Shown here piece after piece: positions 37,389-48,199 of a DNA stretch of 64,000 bases. The translations under genes and the position numbers were made by a program. The notes under the pieces are model-generated. The model saw only the letters and a program-made list of their open reading frames with translations. It was not told where the DNA came from and ran no database searches. Every line of letters begins with the position of its first letter. Positions within the stretch are counted from its first letter, which is position 1. The DNA comes from Clostridia bacterium (GTDB taxonomy: Bacteria; Bacillota; Clostridia; TANB77; CAG-465). The stretch spans positions 4,606-68,605 of the forward strand of contig JAQSXK010000007.1 in the NCBI GenBank assembly GCA_029256705.1. Direction: 5' to 3'.

Positions 37389-38096
37389 ATGCAAGTTATA
37401 ATTGACGAAAGAGTTAATACTGAAATTAAAAAATATTTTTTAGAGTTAGGTTATGAAATAATTAAAATAAAAAAACACGATAATATATATAGTGAGATAT
37501 CTAGTCATACAGATATATTTTGTTTGAAATTAGGTAATACCGTTATATATGAAAAAGATGCTGTTTCAGATATGTTATATAATAAATATGATTATTTTCA
37601 TGGGGATAATGTGGAAAACATTTACCCTAAAACAGCTGCATATAACGTTTGTGTTATAGATAACTTTGTAATACATAATTTTAAAATTACGGATAAAAAA
37701 ATATTAGAAAAGTTAAACGAAATGAAATATACCTTTATTGACGTTAAACAAGGTTATTCAAGGTGTAGTATACTTCCACTTGATAATAGATGTTGTATAA
37801 CTTCAGATAAAGGAATATATAATAAATTAATTCAAAATGATTTTGATGTGTTATATGTTGATTCGTCTGAACTAGATATTAAGTTGTTTAATGAAGATGG
37901 AACATATTCAAATATGTCTGGTTTTATTGGTGGATGTAGTTGTGTTTTGAATGATACGGTTATATTTTTTGGAGATGTAGACAAGCTTAAATGTAAAGAA
38001 AAATTAATAAATTATATAAATTCAAGGGGATATAAAATAAAAGATTTTAAGAAAATGGACGTTATAGATTATGGTTCATGTATATTTTTAGATTGA
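37389..38096 (+). CDS. hypothetical protein
   Basis: 235 aa with 'SHTD' and 'GGCSC' motifs; no confident family. Confidence 0.45.
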   Translation: MQVIIDERVNTEIKKYFLELGYEIIKIKKHDNIYSEISSHTDIFCLKLGNTVIYEKDAVSDMLYNKYDYFHGDNVENIYPKTAAYNVCVIDNFVIHNFKITDKKILEKLNEMKYTFIDVKQGYSRCSILPLDNRCCITSDKGIYNKLIQNDFDVLYVDSSELDIKLFNEDGTYSNMSGFIGGCSCVLNDTVIFFGDVDKLKCKEKLINYINSRGYKIKDFKKMDVIDYGSCIFLD

Positions 38097-38109
38097 AGGG
38101 GTAATAGGG

Positions 38110-40374
38110 TTGAGTAGATTTTTAGAAGGATTAAATGATAGACAATTAGAGGCAGTTTCATATACAGAGGGACCACTTCTTATTTTAGCTGGTGCTGGAA
38201 GTGGAAAGACTAGAGTATTAACATATAAAATAGCTTATTTGATAGAACAAGAGATAGTTAAACCATGGCAGATATTAGCTATAACCTTTACAAATAAAGC
38301 AGCTAAGGAAATGAAAGAAAGAGCTTTGAGTCTTATAGATAGTGCAAGTGATGTATGGCTTGGAACATTTCATTCTATATGTGTTAAAATATTGAAAAGG
38401 GAAATAGAATTATTAGGATATGGAAAAGATTTCAATATATTTGATGAATTAGATAAAGAAAAGTTAATTAAAGAAGTACTTAAAAAATTAAATTTAGATG
38501 ACAAGAAATTTATTCCGAGTTCTATTGGTTATGAGATTTCTAAGGCTAAAGATAACATGATATCTGCTGAACAATATAGTAGAGAGAACTCTGGAGATTA
38601 TAGAAAAGAGCAAATAGCAAAAATTTATAGTATATACCAAAGTGAACTTAAATCGTACAATGCAATAGACTTTGATGATATTATAATGCTTACTGTTAAG
38701 TTGTTTGTAGATAACCCAGATAGATTGGCATTTTACCAGAATAAGTTTAGATATGTGCTTGTAGATGAATATCAAGATACCAATAAGTTGCAGTTTACTT
38801 TAATAAGTTTAATAGCCAGTGCACATGGAAATATATGTGTTGTTGGTGATGAATCACAAAGTATATATGGTTGGAGGGGTGCAGATATTGCTAACATATT
38901 AAACTTTGAAAAAGAGTTTTTTAATGCTAAGGTAATAAAACTTGAGGAAAATTATAGAAGTACACAAACAATTTTAAATGCTGCAAATGAAGTTATTAAA
39001 AATAATTCCGCTAAAATAGATAAGAATTTATGGACAAAAAACGTTGAAGGGGAAAAGATAAAATATTTTAGTGCTAATAATGAGTATGCAGAAGTTGAAT
39101 ATGTTATTGATCAAATAGATAATATATGTAGAAAAGAAAATAAAAAATATTCAGATTTTGCTGTGCTTTTTAGAACTAATGCACAAGCCAGGGTAATAGA
39201 AGATGTTTTTATGAAAACAGGTACGCCATATAAACTAATTGGTGGTCTTAAATTCTATTCAAGAAAAGAAATAAAAGATTTAACGTCGTATTTAAAATTA
39301 TTGCAAAATCCTAATGACGCTATTGCTCTTAAAAGGATAATAAATGTACCAAAAAGAGGTATTGGAGATTCTGCTTTAGATAAATTAGAAGAAATAGCAG
39401 CAGAAAAAAATATTTCCTTATTTGATGTTATAAAAGACAGTAGTAATTATAGAGATTTGAGAAGTAGTGGAAATATTTCATTCTTTAGAGAAATAATGAT
39501 AGATTTAGTAGATAAAAAAGATAAACTTTCTGTTTCACAGCTTATGAAAGAAATTTTAAAAGTTACTGGATATGAAGCTATGCTTAATGAAGAAAAAACT
39601 AAAGAGGCAGAAAATAGATTCGATAACTTAATGGAATATATAGGTGTGGCTATTGAGTTCGAAAAAGAAAATGCAGAAAATACATTAGCAGATTTCTTAG
39701 ATAGTATAGCTTTGGTTGCAGATGTAGATAAACTAGATGATGAAGCAGAAGCTGTTACTTTAATGACATTGCATAGTGCTAAAGGATTAGAATTTGACGT
39801 TGTATTTTTAGTTGGTATGGAAGAGGGTTTATTCCCTTCTAGTAGATCTATAAATGAAGATGAAGATGCAGAGGAAGAAAGAAGATTATGCTACGTTGGA
39901 ATTACACGTGCTAGAAAAAATGTCTTTATTACATCGGCAAGTAAGAGAACAATGTATGGTTCAACATCATATCCAATACCGTCAAGATTTATTAATGAGA
40001 TACCTGATAATTTATTTGAAGAAGTATCTAAAAGTGAAAGACCTAGTAAAAATAATGAATTTTTAAATAATGAATATGCTAGAAGTAGCGCTGTCACAAC
40101 GAGTAAAATATCTGGTGGTTTTGTAAGTAGTAGTAAAAATAACTTTGGACAAAGTGTTGAAAGTTTCTTTAAAAATATTACTAATAAACCAGAAGAACCA
40201 AAAGATATATCAAATTACAAAGTAGGAAGTAAAATAAAACATAAAAAGTTTGGAATTGGAGTAATATGTAATATAGAGCCAGAAGGCGATGATTTAAAAC
40301 TTGAAATTAATTTTGAAGGATCAGGTTTTAAAAGATTAATGGCAAAATACACTCCTCTTGAAATATTAGATTAA
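38110..40374 (+). CDS. pcrA: ATP-dependent DNA helicase PcrA (UvrD family)
   Basis: 'LNDRQLEAVSYTEGPLLILAGAGSGKTRVLTYKIAYLI' and UvrD motifs throughout; TTG start. Confidence 0.9.
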   Translation: MSRFLEGLNDRQLEAVSYTEGPLLILAGAGSGKTRVLTYKIAYLIEQEIVKPWQILAITFTNKAAKEMKERALSLIDSASDVWLGTFHSICVKILKREIELLGYGKDFNIFDELDKEKLIKEVLKKLNLDDKKFIPSSIGYEISKAKDNMISAEQYSRENSGDYRKEQIAKIYSIYQSELKSYNAIDFDDIIMLTVKLFVDNPDRLAFYQNKFRYVLVDEYQDTNKLQFTLISLIASAHGNICVVGDESQSIYGWRGADIANILNFEKEFFNAKVIKLEENYRSTQTILNAANEVIKNNSAKIDKNLWTKNVEGEKIKYFSANNEYAEVEYVIDQIDNICRKENKKYSDFAVLFRTNAQARVIEDVFMKTGTPYKLIGGLKFYSRKEIKDLTSYLKLLQNPNDAIALKRIINVPKRGIGDSALDKLEEIAAEKNISLFDVIKDSSNYRDLRSSGNISFFREIMIDLVDKKDKLSVSQLMKEILKVTGYEAMLNEEKTKEAENRFDNLMEYIGVAIEFEKENAENTLADFLDSIALVADVDKLDDEAEAVTLMTLHSAKGLEFDVVFLVGMEEGLFPSSRSINEDEDAEEERRLCYVGITRARKNVFITSASKRTMYGSTSYPIPSRFINEIPDNLFEEVSKSERPSKNNEFLNNEYARSSAVTTSKISGGFVSSSKNNFGQSVESFFKNITNKPEEPKDISNYKVGSKIKHKKFGIGVICNIEPEGDDLKLEINFEGSGFKRLMAKYTPLEILD

Positions 40375-40421
40375 TATTTTATATTATAAACCAAATAGAT
40401 ACCTAGAATGGAGGAAATAAA

Positions 40422-41189
40422 TTGAATATAAATATTAAAGATATAAATTTAAATTATGAGATATTAGGAGAAGATAATACTTCTTCGGTAGTAATATTAC
40501 ATGGTTGGGGAGCAAATCTACAAACATTTGCACCTGTTTCTAAACATTTATCTAAAAATTATAAAGTATATTCAATTGATTTACCTGGGTTTGGATTAAG
40601 TAGTGAACCTAACTTTATGTATAGTGTTACAGATTATGCAAGGGTTATATTGGAATTTATAGAAAAAATGAAAATAGAAAATCCAACTTTAATAGGGCAT
40701 TCTTTTGGTGGAAGAGTTATTATAAAAATGGTTGGAGAATTAGAATATACTCCAAAAAATATAATATTTGTAGATAGTGCAGGTATTAAGCCAAAAAGGA
40801 GTATTAAATATTATTTTAAGGTTTATTCTTACAAGTTAACAAAGAGAATTATACAGCTTTGCAATAGTAAAGAAAAAGCAGAAAAAATAATTTCAAATTT
40901 AAGAAAAAATGCGGGTTCTACAGATTATAGAGCCGCTTCTGAAAATATGAAAAAAATATTTATTAATGTTGTAAACGAAGATTTAAAAAAATATTTACCG
41001 AAAATAAAGGTACCTACCTTACTTATATGGGGTGAAAATGATAAAGATACACCAGTAAAAGATGCAAAAATATTCGAAAAGTTAATTCCAGATAGTGGAC
41101 TTATTGTCTTTAAAGGTGCAGGACACTATAGTTATTTAGATAAACTTGGAGATTTTTTAGTTATAATTTCAAAGTTTTTGGAAGGGTGA
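40422..41189 (+). CDS. alpha/beta-fold hydrolase
   Basis: 'HGWGAN' and the nucleophile elbow 'GHSFGG'. Confidence 0.75.
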   Translation: MNINIKDINLNYEILGEDNTSSVVILHGWGANLQTFAPVSKHLSKNYKVYSIDLPGFGLSSEPNFMYSVTDYARVILEFIEKMKIENPTLIGHSFGGRVIIKMVGELEYTPKNIIFVDSAGIKPKRSIKYYFKVYSYKLTKRIIQLCNSKEKAEKIISNLRKNAGSTDYRAASENMKKIFINVVNEDLKKYLPKIKVPTLLIWGENDKDTPVKDAKIFEKLIPDSGLIVFKGAGHYSYLDKLGDFLVIISKFLEG

Positions 41190-41198
41190 AAGTATTAA

Positions 41199-42800
41199 AT
41201 GATAACTACAATTTTAGAAATTAGTATTATAATATTAGGACTTGTGTTATTACATGTGAACTTAGATAAATTTTTACATATACTACAACAATCTTTTTAC
41301 CACAATTCAGAATTAATATCTGTACTGAAAAAAACGGATGCATTAAAAATTGGTACATTTGAAATAATTCTTACAGCTTTATCATTAATAAGTATTGCAA
41401 CATTTAAGGATGTGATGTATGTATTATGGATTATTGCTGCAATACTTGCAATAAACTTTGCTATAATGAATAAACCAAAAGTAAAGAAAAAGTTTGTTAT
41501 TACAACAAGAGTAAAAATAACTTATGTTGCTGTATATCTGTTAATACTTTTATTTGTTATATTACCATATATATTAATGAAAACAGACATTGTAACAACT
41601 TCTATTTTTTCTGCATTACTAATATTATTATCACTGAGCAAATATTTAGCTATTTGTATAAGTATGATTGCAAATGTAATAATTATGCCAATACTTAATC
41701 TAATTAATTTAAGATATATTAATGAAGCAAAAAAGATAATAAGTTCAAATAAAAAGTTAAAAATTATTGGTATTACTGGTAGTTATGGTAAGACTTCCAC
41801 TAAGAATATTATATACCAAATTTTATCTCAAAAATTCTCTGCTGTAATGACTCCTAAAAGTTATAATACAACACTTGGTGTTGTAAAAAGTATAAGAGAA
41901 AGTATTAAGCCATATACAGAAGTATTTGTTTGTGAGATGGGTGCAGCAAGACTTGGTGAAATTAAAGAAATATGTGAAATAGCACCTCCAGATTATTCTG
42001 TTATAACCTCTATTGGACCACAACATTTGAGTACATTTAAATCTATGGAAAATATTGTTCAAGGTAAATTTGAAATTGTTAATTATGCTAAAGAAGATGC
42101 ATTGGCTATTTTAAATACAGATAACGAATATATAAGAAAAAATATGGATAAACAAATAAATGGTAAAAAGGTTATACAGTATAGTATATTAGATAAAAAA
42201 CAAAAGTACTATGTAGAAGATATACATATGAATGACACAGGTAGTACTTTTACAGTTGTTTGCGAGGATAAAAAAATAGAGTTAGAAACAAAGCTACTTG
42301 GTAAGCACAATATATATAATATAGTTTGCGCGGTGGCAATTTCTAAAGAACTTGGTATGACAGATGTTGAAATACAAAAGAGTATTAAGAGATTAAAACC
42401 AGTGGAACATAGATTACAACTTAAGTCAATGAATGGAATACTTGCTTTAGATGATGCTTTTAATTCTAATCCTGAAGGTTCTAAGATGGCAATAGAATGC
42501 TTAGCAATGTTTGAAGATAAATATAAAGTATTGGTTACTCCAGGAATGATAGAACTTGGTGAACAAGAATATGAATTAAATAAAAAATTAGGTGAGTATG
42601 CGACTAAATGTGATTATGTATTTTTGGTTGGAGATAAAACAACTAAGGCAATAAAGGATGGAATGGATGAGCAAAAATATACTAATTATGAAACTGTAAA
42701 AGATGTATATGAAGCTTTTGAAAAATTAACAAAAATAAAAGAAAACCATCCTAATTTAATTGCTTTATTTGAAAATGACTTGCCGGATAGTTATTCTTAA
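41199..42800 (+). CDS. murF: UDP-N-acetylmuramoyl-tripeptide--D-alanyl-D-alanine ligase (MurF) with an N-terminal ~170-aa membrane extension
   Basis: Mur ligase P-loop 'GITGSYGKTSTKN'; lies upstream of ddl. Confidence 0.75.
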   Translation: MITTILEISIIILGLVLLHVNLDKFLHILQQSFYHNSELISVLKKTDALKIGTFEIILTALSLISIATFKDVMYVLWIIAAILAINFAIMNKPKVKKKFVITTRVKITYVAVYLLILLFVILPYILMKTDIVTTSIFSALLILLSLSKYLAICISMIANVIIMPILNLINLRYINEAKKIISSNKKLKIIGITGSYGKTSTKNIIYQILSQKFSAVMTPKSYNTTLGVVKSIRESIKPYTEVFVCEMGAARLGEIKEICEIAPPDYSVITSIGPQHLSTFKSMENIVQGKFEIVNYAKEDALAILNTDNEYIRKNMDKQINGKKVIQYSILDKKQKYYVEDIHMNDTGSTFTVVCEDKKIELETKLLGKHNIYNIVCAVAISKELGMTDVEIQKSIKRLKPVEHRLQLKSMNGILALDDAFNSNPEGSKMAIECLAMFEDKYKVLVTPGMIELGEQEYELNKKLGEYATKCDYVFLVGDKTTKAIKDGMDEQKYTNYETVKDVYEAFEKLTKIKENHPNLIALFENDLPDSYS

Positions 42801-42819
42801 AATGAAAGGAAGTAGTGTT

Positions 42820-43983
42820 ATGAAAACAGTAGTAGGAGTATTTTTTGGAGGAAAAACAGTAGAACATGAGGTATCTATATTATCCGCTTTACAGACAATA
42901 TATGCAATAGATAAAGAGATATACGAAGTCGTTCCAATATATATAACAAAAAATAATGAATTCTATTATTCAGAAAAATTATTAGATATAAATATATATA
43001 AAGATATTGAGAAATTAAAAAAAGAATGTAATCAAATATATTTTACACATAAAAATGGCCAAATGATAGTTAATTCTCTAGATGGAGTATTTAAAAAAGA
43101 ATTAATAAAAATTGATATTGCATTTCCTGTAGTTCACGGACTAAATGTAGAAGATGGTACACTTCAAGGATTTTTAGAGATGTATAATATCCCTTATGTT
43201 GGATGTGATATTACTTCTTCAGCTGTTGGAATGAATAAAATAATATTTAAGAAAGTTTTGGTAGCTTCAGACATACCAGTAATAGACTATTATGAAGTAC
43301 ATTTAGAAGATTTTGAAGAAAATGAAGAAGAAGTTTTAAATAATATAATTAATAAACTTTCTCTTCCAATTATATTGAAACCAGCTAATTTGGGATCAAG
43401 CGTTGGAATAAAAATAGTTAGAAATAAAGAGGAATTTTCTGAAGCAATGAATTTTGTTTTTGAATTTACAGATAAAATATTAGTTGAAAAGTGTATTGTA
43501 AATTTAAAAGAAATTAACTGTTCTGTATTAGGTAATTTTGAATCACAAGAGGTTTCAGAATTAGAAGAACCTGTAAAGGCAGATGAGATTTTAAGTTTTA
43601 AAGACAAGTATATGTCAGCTGGCGGTGGTAAGGGTTCTAAATCTGGTGGAATGGCTTCTTTAACAAGAAAAATACCAGCTGAAATTAGTTCTGAGATGAA
43701 AATTGAAATAGAAGAATTATCTAAAAAGGTATTTAAAATTTTAGATTGTGAGGGTGTTTCAAGAATAGATTATATAATAGATAATGATACGAATAAAGTA
43801 TATGTAAATGAAATAAATACTATTCCAGGTTCACTTGCTTTTTATCTATGGGAAGCAAAAGGAGTAAGTTTTGATATTTTATGTGATAAATTAATAAAAC
43901 TTGCAATTAAAAGAAGAGATAAAAGGTCAAATATAATATATTCAAATGATGTTAACTTACTTAGTATGCATTCAAAGAAATAA
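42820..43983 (+). CDS. ddl: D-alanine--D-alanine ligase
   Basis: 'VGVFFGGKTVEHEVSILSA' and the ATP-grasp region; AAAGGAAG RBS. Confidence 0.9.
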   Translation: MKTVVGVFFGGKTVEHEVSILSALQTIYAIDKEIYEVVPIYITKNNEFYYSEKLLDINIYKDIEKLKKECNQIYFTHKNGQMIVNSLDGVFKKELIKIDIAFPVVHGLNVEDGTLQGFLEMYNIPYVGCDITSSAVGMNKIIFKKVLVASDIPVIDYYEVHLEDFEENEEEVLNNIINKLSLPIILKPANLGSSVGIKIVRNKEEFSEAMNFVFEFTDKILVEKCIVNLKEINCSVLGNFESQEVSELEEPVKADEILSFKDKYMSAGGGKGSKSGGMASLTRKIPAEISSEMKIEIEELSKKVFKILDCEGVSRIDYIIDNDTNKVYVNEINTIPGSLAFYLWEAKGVSFDILCDKLIKLAIKRRDKRSNIIYSNDVNLLSMHSKK

Positions 43984-44040
43984 TATTAAATAAATCAATC
44001 TTAGTACATAATATACTAATATAAATAGTAGGAGGATATT

Positions 44041-44751
44041 ATGAAAGATAAAAAATTATTAGTTATTTTTGCATTCATATTAATAATTGCTTTTGTATTT
44101 TGTGGGATATACTTATACAAAGAGTTTATTGAGATAGATGATGAAAATAGTGAGAATGATATTTATAAATCTGACGAAAAAATTAATTTAATAAATAACG
44201 TTGAACCGTTTTTGTTTATAAGAGATGATATTAAATTAATTTATGAAGGAGGACCATCTCATTGGGGTTCTAAGACTGTTACATTGTCTGATGTTCAAAA
44301 CACATCAAATGGTAAAATTGTGAATTTGCATGTAGTTGATGAAAGTGATATGAAGGGTGAGTCTCCTAAAAAAGAGTGGAATCAAAAGTGGGAAGTAACA
44401 AAAGATGGATCATTATATATAGATAATAAATTGATGTTAAAAACACCGGTTATAGTTGGTCAAACTTGGTTTATAGAAGACTATACCCCAGTTGTTAATG
44501 CAGAGAAAAAGTATAAAGCAAAGGTAAAGATAACTAGTGTTCAAGATAATTTAGGTGTTGCTGATTCAGTAATTAGAAATATAATTACTACTTTAACTAT
44601 TGAAGATTTAAAAACTATAGATGGTAATGTATATACTGAAATTAGAGAATTTGAATATGGAAAGGGTTTAATAAAATTTGTAGCTACTGAACCTACCATT
44701 TCAGATTTCACACTTAGTTATTGGCTAGATAGGACTAGTGATGTTGAATAA
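44041..44751 (+). CDS. membrane-anchored hypothetical protein
   Basis: 236 aa with an N-terminal TM; AGGAGG RBS. Confidence 0.5.
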   Translation: MKDKKLLVIFAFILIIAFVFCGIYLYKEFIEIDDENSENDIYKSDEKINLINNVEPFLFIRDDIKLIYEGGPSHWGSKTVTLSDVQNTSNGKIVNLHVVDESDMKGESPKKEWNQKWEVTKDGSLYIDNKLMLKTPVIVGQTWFIEDYTPVVNAEKKYKAKVKITSVQDNLGVADSVIRNIITTLTIEDLKTIDGNVYTEIREFEYGKGLIKFVATEPTISDFTLSYWLDRTSDVE

Positions 44752-44776
44752 AATTATGTAAAAGATTATATTAAAG

Positions 44777-44804
44777 TAAAAAGATAGAAGAAATTCTATC
44801 TTTT
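44777..44804. terminator. rho-independent terminator
   Basis: AAAAGATAGAA-gaaa-TTCTATCTTTTTT. Confidence 0.65.
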
Positions 44805-44941
44805 TTATATGTTTAAAATCTAAAAAAATGAAAATATTTACAAAAAATAATATTTTTTGTTGACATATATAATTCATTATGATATAATTTTATATATCGT
44901 TAGACGATATATCGTAAAACGTTATAAAGGATGTGAAAGAA

Positions 44942-45265
44942 ATGGAAGGAAATATTGATAAAATAGTTTTAACAGAGGCAGTATATTATATTTTGTTATC
45001 AATATATACACCAATGCATGGATATGGAATAATGCAAAATGTTTCTGAACTTAGTAATGGAAGAGTTAATCTTGGACCGGGTACTTTATATGGAGCAATT
45101 AATACTTTACTTGAAAAAAAGTGGATTTTACCGTTAATAGAAGATTTGAATTCACGAAAAAAAGAATACTTAATAACAGATTTGGGTAAAGAAATTGTAA
45201 AAAATGAAATAGTTAGACTAGAAGAACTTGTTAAAAACGGTAAAAAGATAAGAGGTGAAAATTAA
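44942..45265 (+). CDS. PadR-family transcriptional regulator
   Basis: 'YYILLSIYTPMHGYGIMQNVSELSNGRVNLGPGTLYGAINTLLEKKWI' is a textbook PadR wHTH. Confidence 0.85.
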   Translation: MEGNIDKIVLTEAVYYILLSIYTPMHGYGIMQNVSELSNGRVNLGPGTLYGAINTLLEKKWILPLIEDLNSRKKEYLITDLGKEIVKNEIVRLEELVKNGKKIRGEN

Positions 45266-45810
45266 TGAAAAAAGTTGTATACAAATTTTATTATGATTTT
45301 GAGAAAGAAGAAAAATGGCTAAATGAAATGTCTTCAAAAGGATTTGCGTTAGTCGATTTCTTTATGGGTAAATATACATTTGAAGAATGTGAAAAAGGTG
45401 AATACATATATAGGATAGAATTACTTGAAAATTTAGTATCAGATCCTAAAAGTATAGAGTATATTAATTTTTTAGAGGAAACGGGTGTGCAGCATGTTGC
45501 ATCTAGTTTTCGATGGGCGTTTTTTAGAAAAAAAGCAAGCTTAGGTCAATTTGATATATATTCAGATGTGGATTCAAAAATCGGACATTACAAGAAAATA
45601 GTAGGATTTTTTAGTGTATTAGCATTTGCTGAAATAACTATAGGAATTAGTAATATTAATCTTGGAACACATGTTCATACAGAAATTTCAGGAGTAAATT
45701 CTGTTCTAGGGTTATTCTGTTTTCTTATTGGAATCGTTTTTGTATCAATAAGTTTGAGGTTTTCAGGTAAAATAAATAAGCTCAAGAAAGAAAAAATAAT
45801 TAAAGAATAG
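45265..45810 (+). CDS. DUF2812 membrane protein (PadR partner)
   Basis: 'FEKEEKWLNEMSSKGFALVDF' N-terminus; overlaps the PadR stop. Confidence 0.65.
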   Translation: MKKVVYKFYYDFEKEEKWLNEMSSKGFALVDFFMGKYTFEECEKGEYIYRIELLENLVSDPKSIEYINFLEETGVQHVASSFRWAFFRKKASLGQFDIYSDVDSKIGHYKKIVGFFSVLAFAEITIGISNINLGTHVHTEISGVNSVLGLFCFLIGIVFVSISLRFSGKINKLKKEKIIKE

Positions 45811-45931
45811 TATATAAAATAGTAATTTTAATAGAATGTAAAATAAGATTAAGATTTATGTTTTTGATTTAAAAAATTGACTTTTAAAAGTTGATAGTAT
45901 ATAATTATATTTATTTAAATGGAGGTAAATT

Positions 45932-46828
45932 ATGGGACTTAAGGTAGAAAACGTTTCTAAAAGCTTTGAATCCAAAAATGCAGTAAGTAACATTTCTTTT
46001 GAGATGAATGAACCGGGTGTGTTTGGATTGCTTGGTACAAATGGGGCTGGTAAAACTACTACAATTAGAATGATATTAGGAATATTAGAAAAAAATTCGG
46101 GAAATATTTCATGGAATGGAAAAAGTGTAACAAGAAAAAATGTTAACTTTGGATATTTACCAGAGGAAAGAGGAATATATCCAAAAACAAAAGTAGGACA
46201 ACAACTTATATATTTTGCTAAACTAAAAGGAATGAAACAAAAAGATGCTGAAGAATCGTTGAAATATTGGGCAAAAAAACTAAAAATAGAGGAATATATA
46301 AATACGCAAGCAGAAAAATTATCAAAAGGAAATCAACAGAAAGTACAATTTTTGACTTGTGTAATGCATAACCCTGAATTAATTATATTAGATGAACCTT
46401 TTAGTGGATTAGATCCAATTAATTCAGATATTTTAAAAAATGTAATAAAAGAATTGATTAGTGAAGGAAAATATATTATTATGTCTAGCCATCAAATGGC
46501 ATCTATTGAAGAATTTTGTGACGATATATTGATTATTAACGCTGGAAAAACAATACTTAAAGGTAATTTAAAAGATATAAAAAACGGATATGAAATTAAA
46601 AAGATATTTGTTGAATCTGATGAAAAAATTGATGATATTATTAATAAATTGGGATTAACAATAATTACAAATAATGAAAATGAATATTTATTAGAAATTA
46701 ATAATATAGAGAAAGCTGAAGAATTATTAAAAGATATTGTTAATCAAGGGATAAGAGTCAAAAAATTTGAATTAGTGAAACCAACACTACATGATATATT
46801 TGTTGAGAAGGTAGGTGAAGACAAATGA
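45932..46828 (+). CDS. ABC transporter ATP-binding protein
   Basis: Walker A 'GTNGAGKTT', 'LSKGNQQK' signature, Walker B 'ILDEP'. Confidence 0.85.
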   Translation: MGLKVENVSKSFESKNAVSNISFEMNEPGVFGLLGTNGAGKTTTIRMILGILEKNSGNISWNGKSVTRKNVNFGYLPEERGIYPKTKVGQQLIYFAKLKGMKQKDAEESLKYWAKKLKIEEYINTQAEKLSKGNQQKVQFLTCVMHNPELIILDEPFSGLDPINSDILKNVIKELISEGKYIIMSSHQMASIEEFCDDILIINAGKTILKGNLKDIKNGYEIKKIFVESDEKIDDIINKLGLTIITNNENEYLLEINNIEKAEELLKDIVNQGIRVKKFELVKPTLHDIFVEKVGEDK

Positions 46829-48048
46829 GAGATACAATAATTGTAATGACACACACAATTAAAGAGCGTTTGATGAAAAAGTCATTTATTATTTCAAATT
46901 TAATAATGTTTGCTATAATAATACTTATGTTTAATATTCCAAATATAATGGAAAAAACAAAAGGTGATGAGACTAAAGATGTTTTAATTGTAGACAGTTC
47001 TAATATATTTGAGAATAGTTTATCAACATTAAATAGTATGGGATTAGAATACAACTTTTTAATTGAGAATAATTCAACAAGTGATGAAGATATAAAAAAT
47101 AGAATAGATAATAAAGAAATTCTAGGATCAGTAACAATATTTAGAGATGGTAAAGATGTAAAATTTAATTATGTAGTATCTGAGATAGGTAAAGGACCTG
47201 ACCCAAAAGTTTTACAAAGTTTATTTTCAAAAATAATTTTCAATGTAGAGGTTTCAAAATTAAATTTGACTTCGGATCAATTGGGTAGTATTAATACACA
47301 AGTCATTTATGATGTAAAGACAGTAACAGGTGAGGAAGCACCAGAAATTTCATTTGCTATAATAATACTTTCTATAGGATTATTCTTTGCAATATATTTT
47401 TGTGCGTATCAAGTTTCTGCGGAAGTTACTATGGAAAAAACTTCAAAGATAATGGAAACTTTAGTTACTTCAACTAGTCCAAAACATATTGTATTAGGAA
47501 AGACAATAGGAACCGGTATAGTTGGATTAATTCAACTGCTGGCAACTACAATTGTTTCACTTATATCATACAAAGTATTTGCGGAAGGAAAGAGTACATT
47601 AGATTTCTTAGACTTTTCACAAGTTACACCAGCTATAATTATTGCTGCATTTGCCTACTTTATATTAGGTTATACGTTATATGCATTTTTATATGCTTTA
47701 GTAGGTTCTACAGTAAGTAAGCCAGAAGATATTCAATCAGCAAATGCACCAGTAGCTATGCTTTCTATGTTCGGATTTTATTTTGGATATTTTACAGTAA
47801 TATTTGCCCCAGCTGGCATGATGACTAAAGTTGCTTCTTTACTACCATTTTCATCACCATTTAGTATGCCTTTTAGAATGATGATGGTTACTGTACCTAC
47901 ATGGGAAGTACTTACTTCAGTAGGAATTTTAATTGTAACTATAATACTAGTTATTCAAATTTCAATCAGGATATATTCTGCTGCAGTATTACATTATGGT
48001 AGTAGAATAAGCATAAAAGATTTGTTTAAATTATATAAACAAAAATAA
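46825..48048 (+). CDS. ABC-2 family transporter permease
   Basis: 407 aa, six TM helices, overlaps the ATPase stop. Confidence 0.7.
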   Translation: MRDTIIVMTHTIKERLMKKSFIISNLIMFAIIILMFNIPNIMEKTKGDETKDVLIVDSSNIFENSLSTLNSMGLEYNFLIENNSTSDEDIKNRIDNKEILGSVTIFRDGKDVKFNYVVSEIGKGPDPKVLQSLFSKIIFNVEVSKLNLTSDQLGSINTQVIYDVKTVTGEEAPEISFAIIILSIGLFFAIYFCAYQVSAEVTMEKTSKIMETLVTSTSPKHIVLGKTIGTGIVGLIQLLATTIVSLISYKVFAEGKSTLDFLDFSQVTPAIIIAAFAYFILGYTLYAFLYALVGSTVSKPEDIQSANAPVAMLSMFGFYFGYFTVIFAPAGMMTKVASLLPFSSPFSMPFRMMMVTVPTWEVLTSVGILIVTIILVIQISIRIYSAAVLHYGSRISIKDLFKLYKQK

Positions 48049-48199
48049 AAGTTATAGAGGGTTATAAGAAAAGCTTAATATTTTAGATATTAAGCTTTTT
48101 GTTATGTGAATAATAGTTTTTATACTATTGTTATAAAGTACATTGAAAATACTTTTAAAATCTTTACATTTAATATATTTTACTATATAATATACGCAG

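Noticed and set aside
41199-41700. The N-terminal ~170 aa of the MurF ORF as a separate membrane-protein gene.
   Set aside because: No stop codon or internal RBS separates it from the Mur ligase domain. It is treated as a single ORF, though a fused membrane anchor on MurF is itself unusual.
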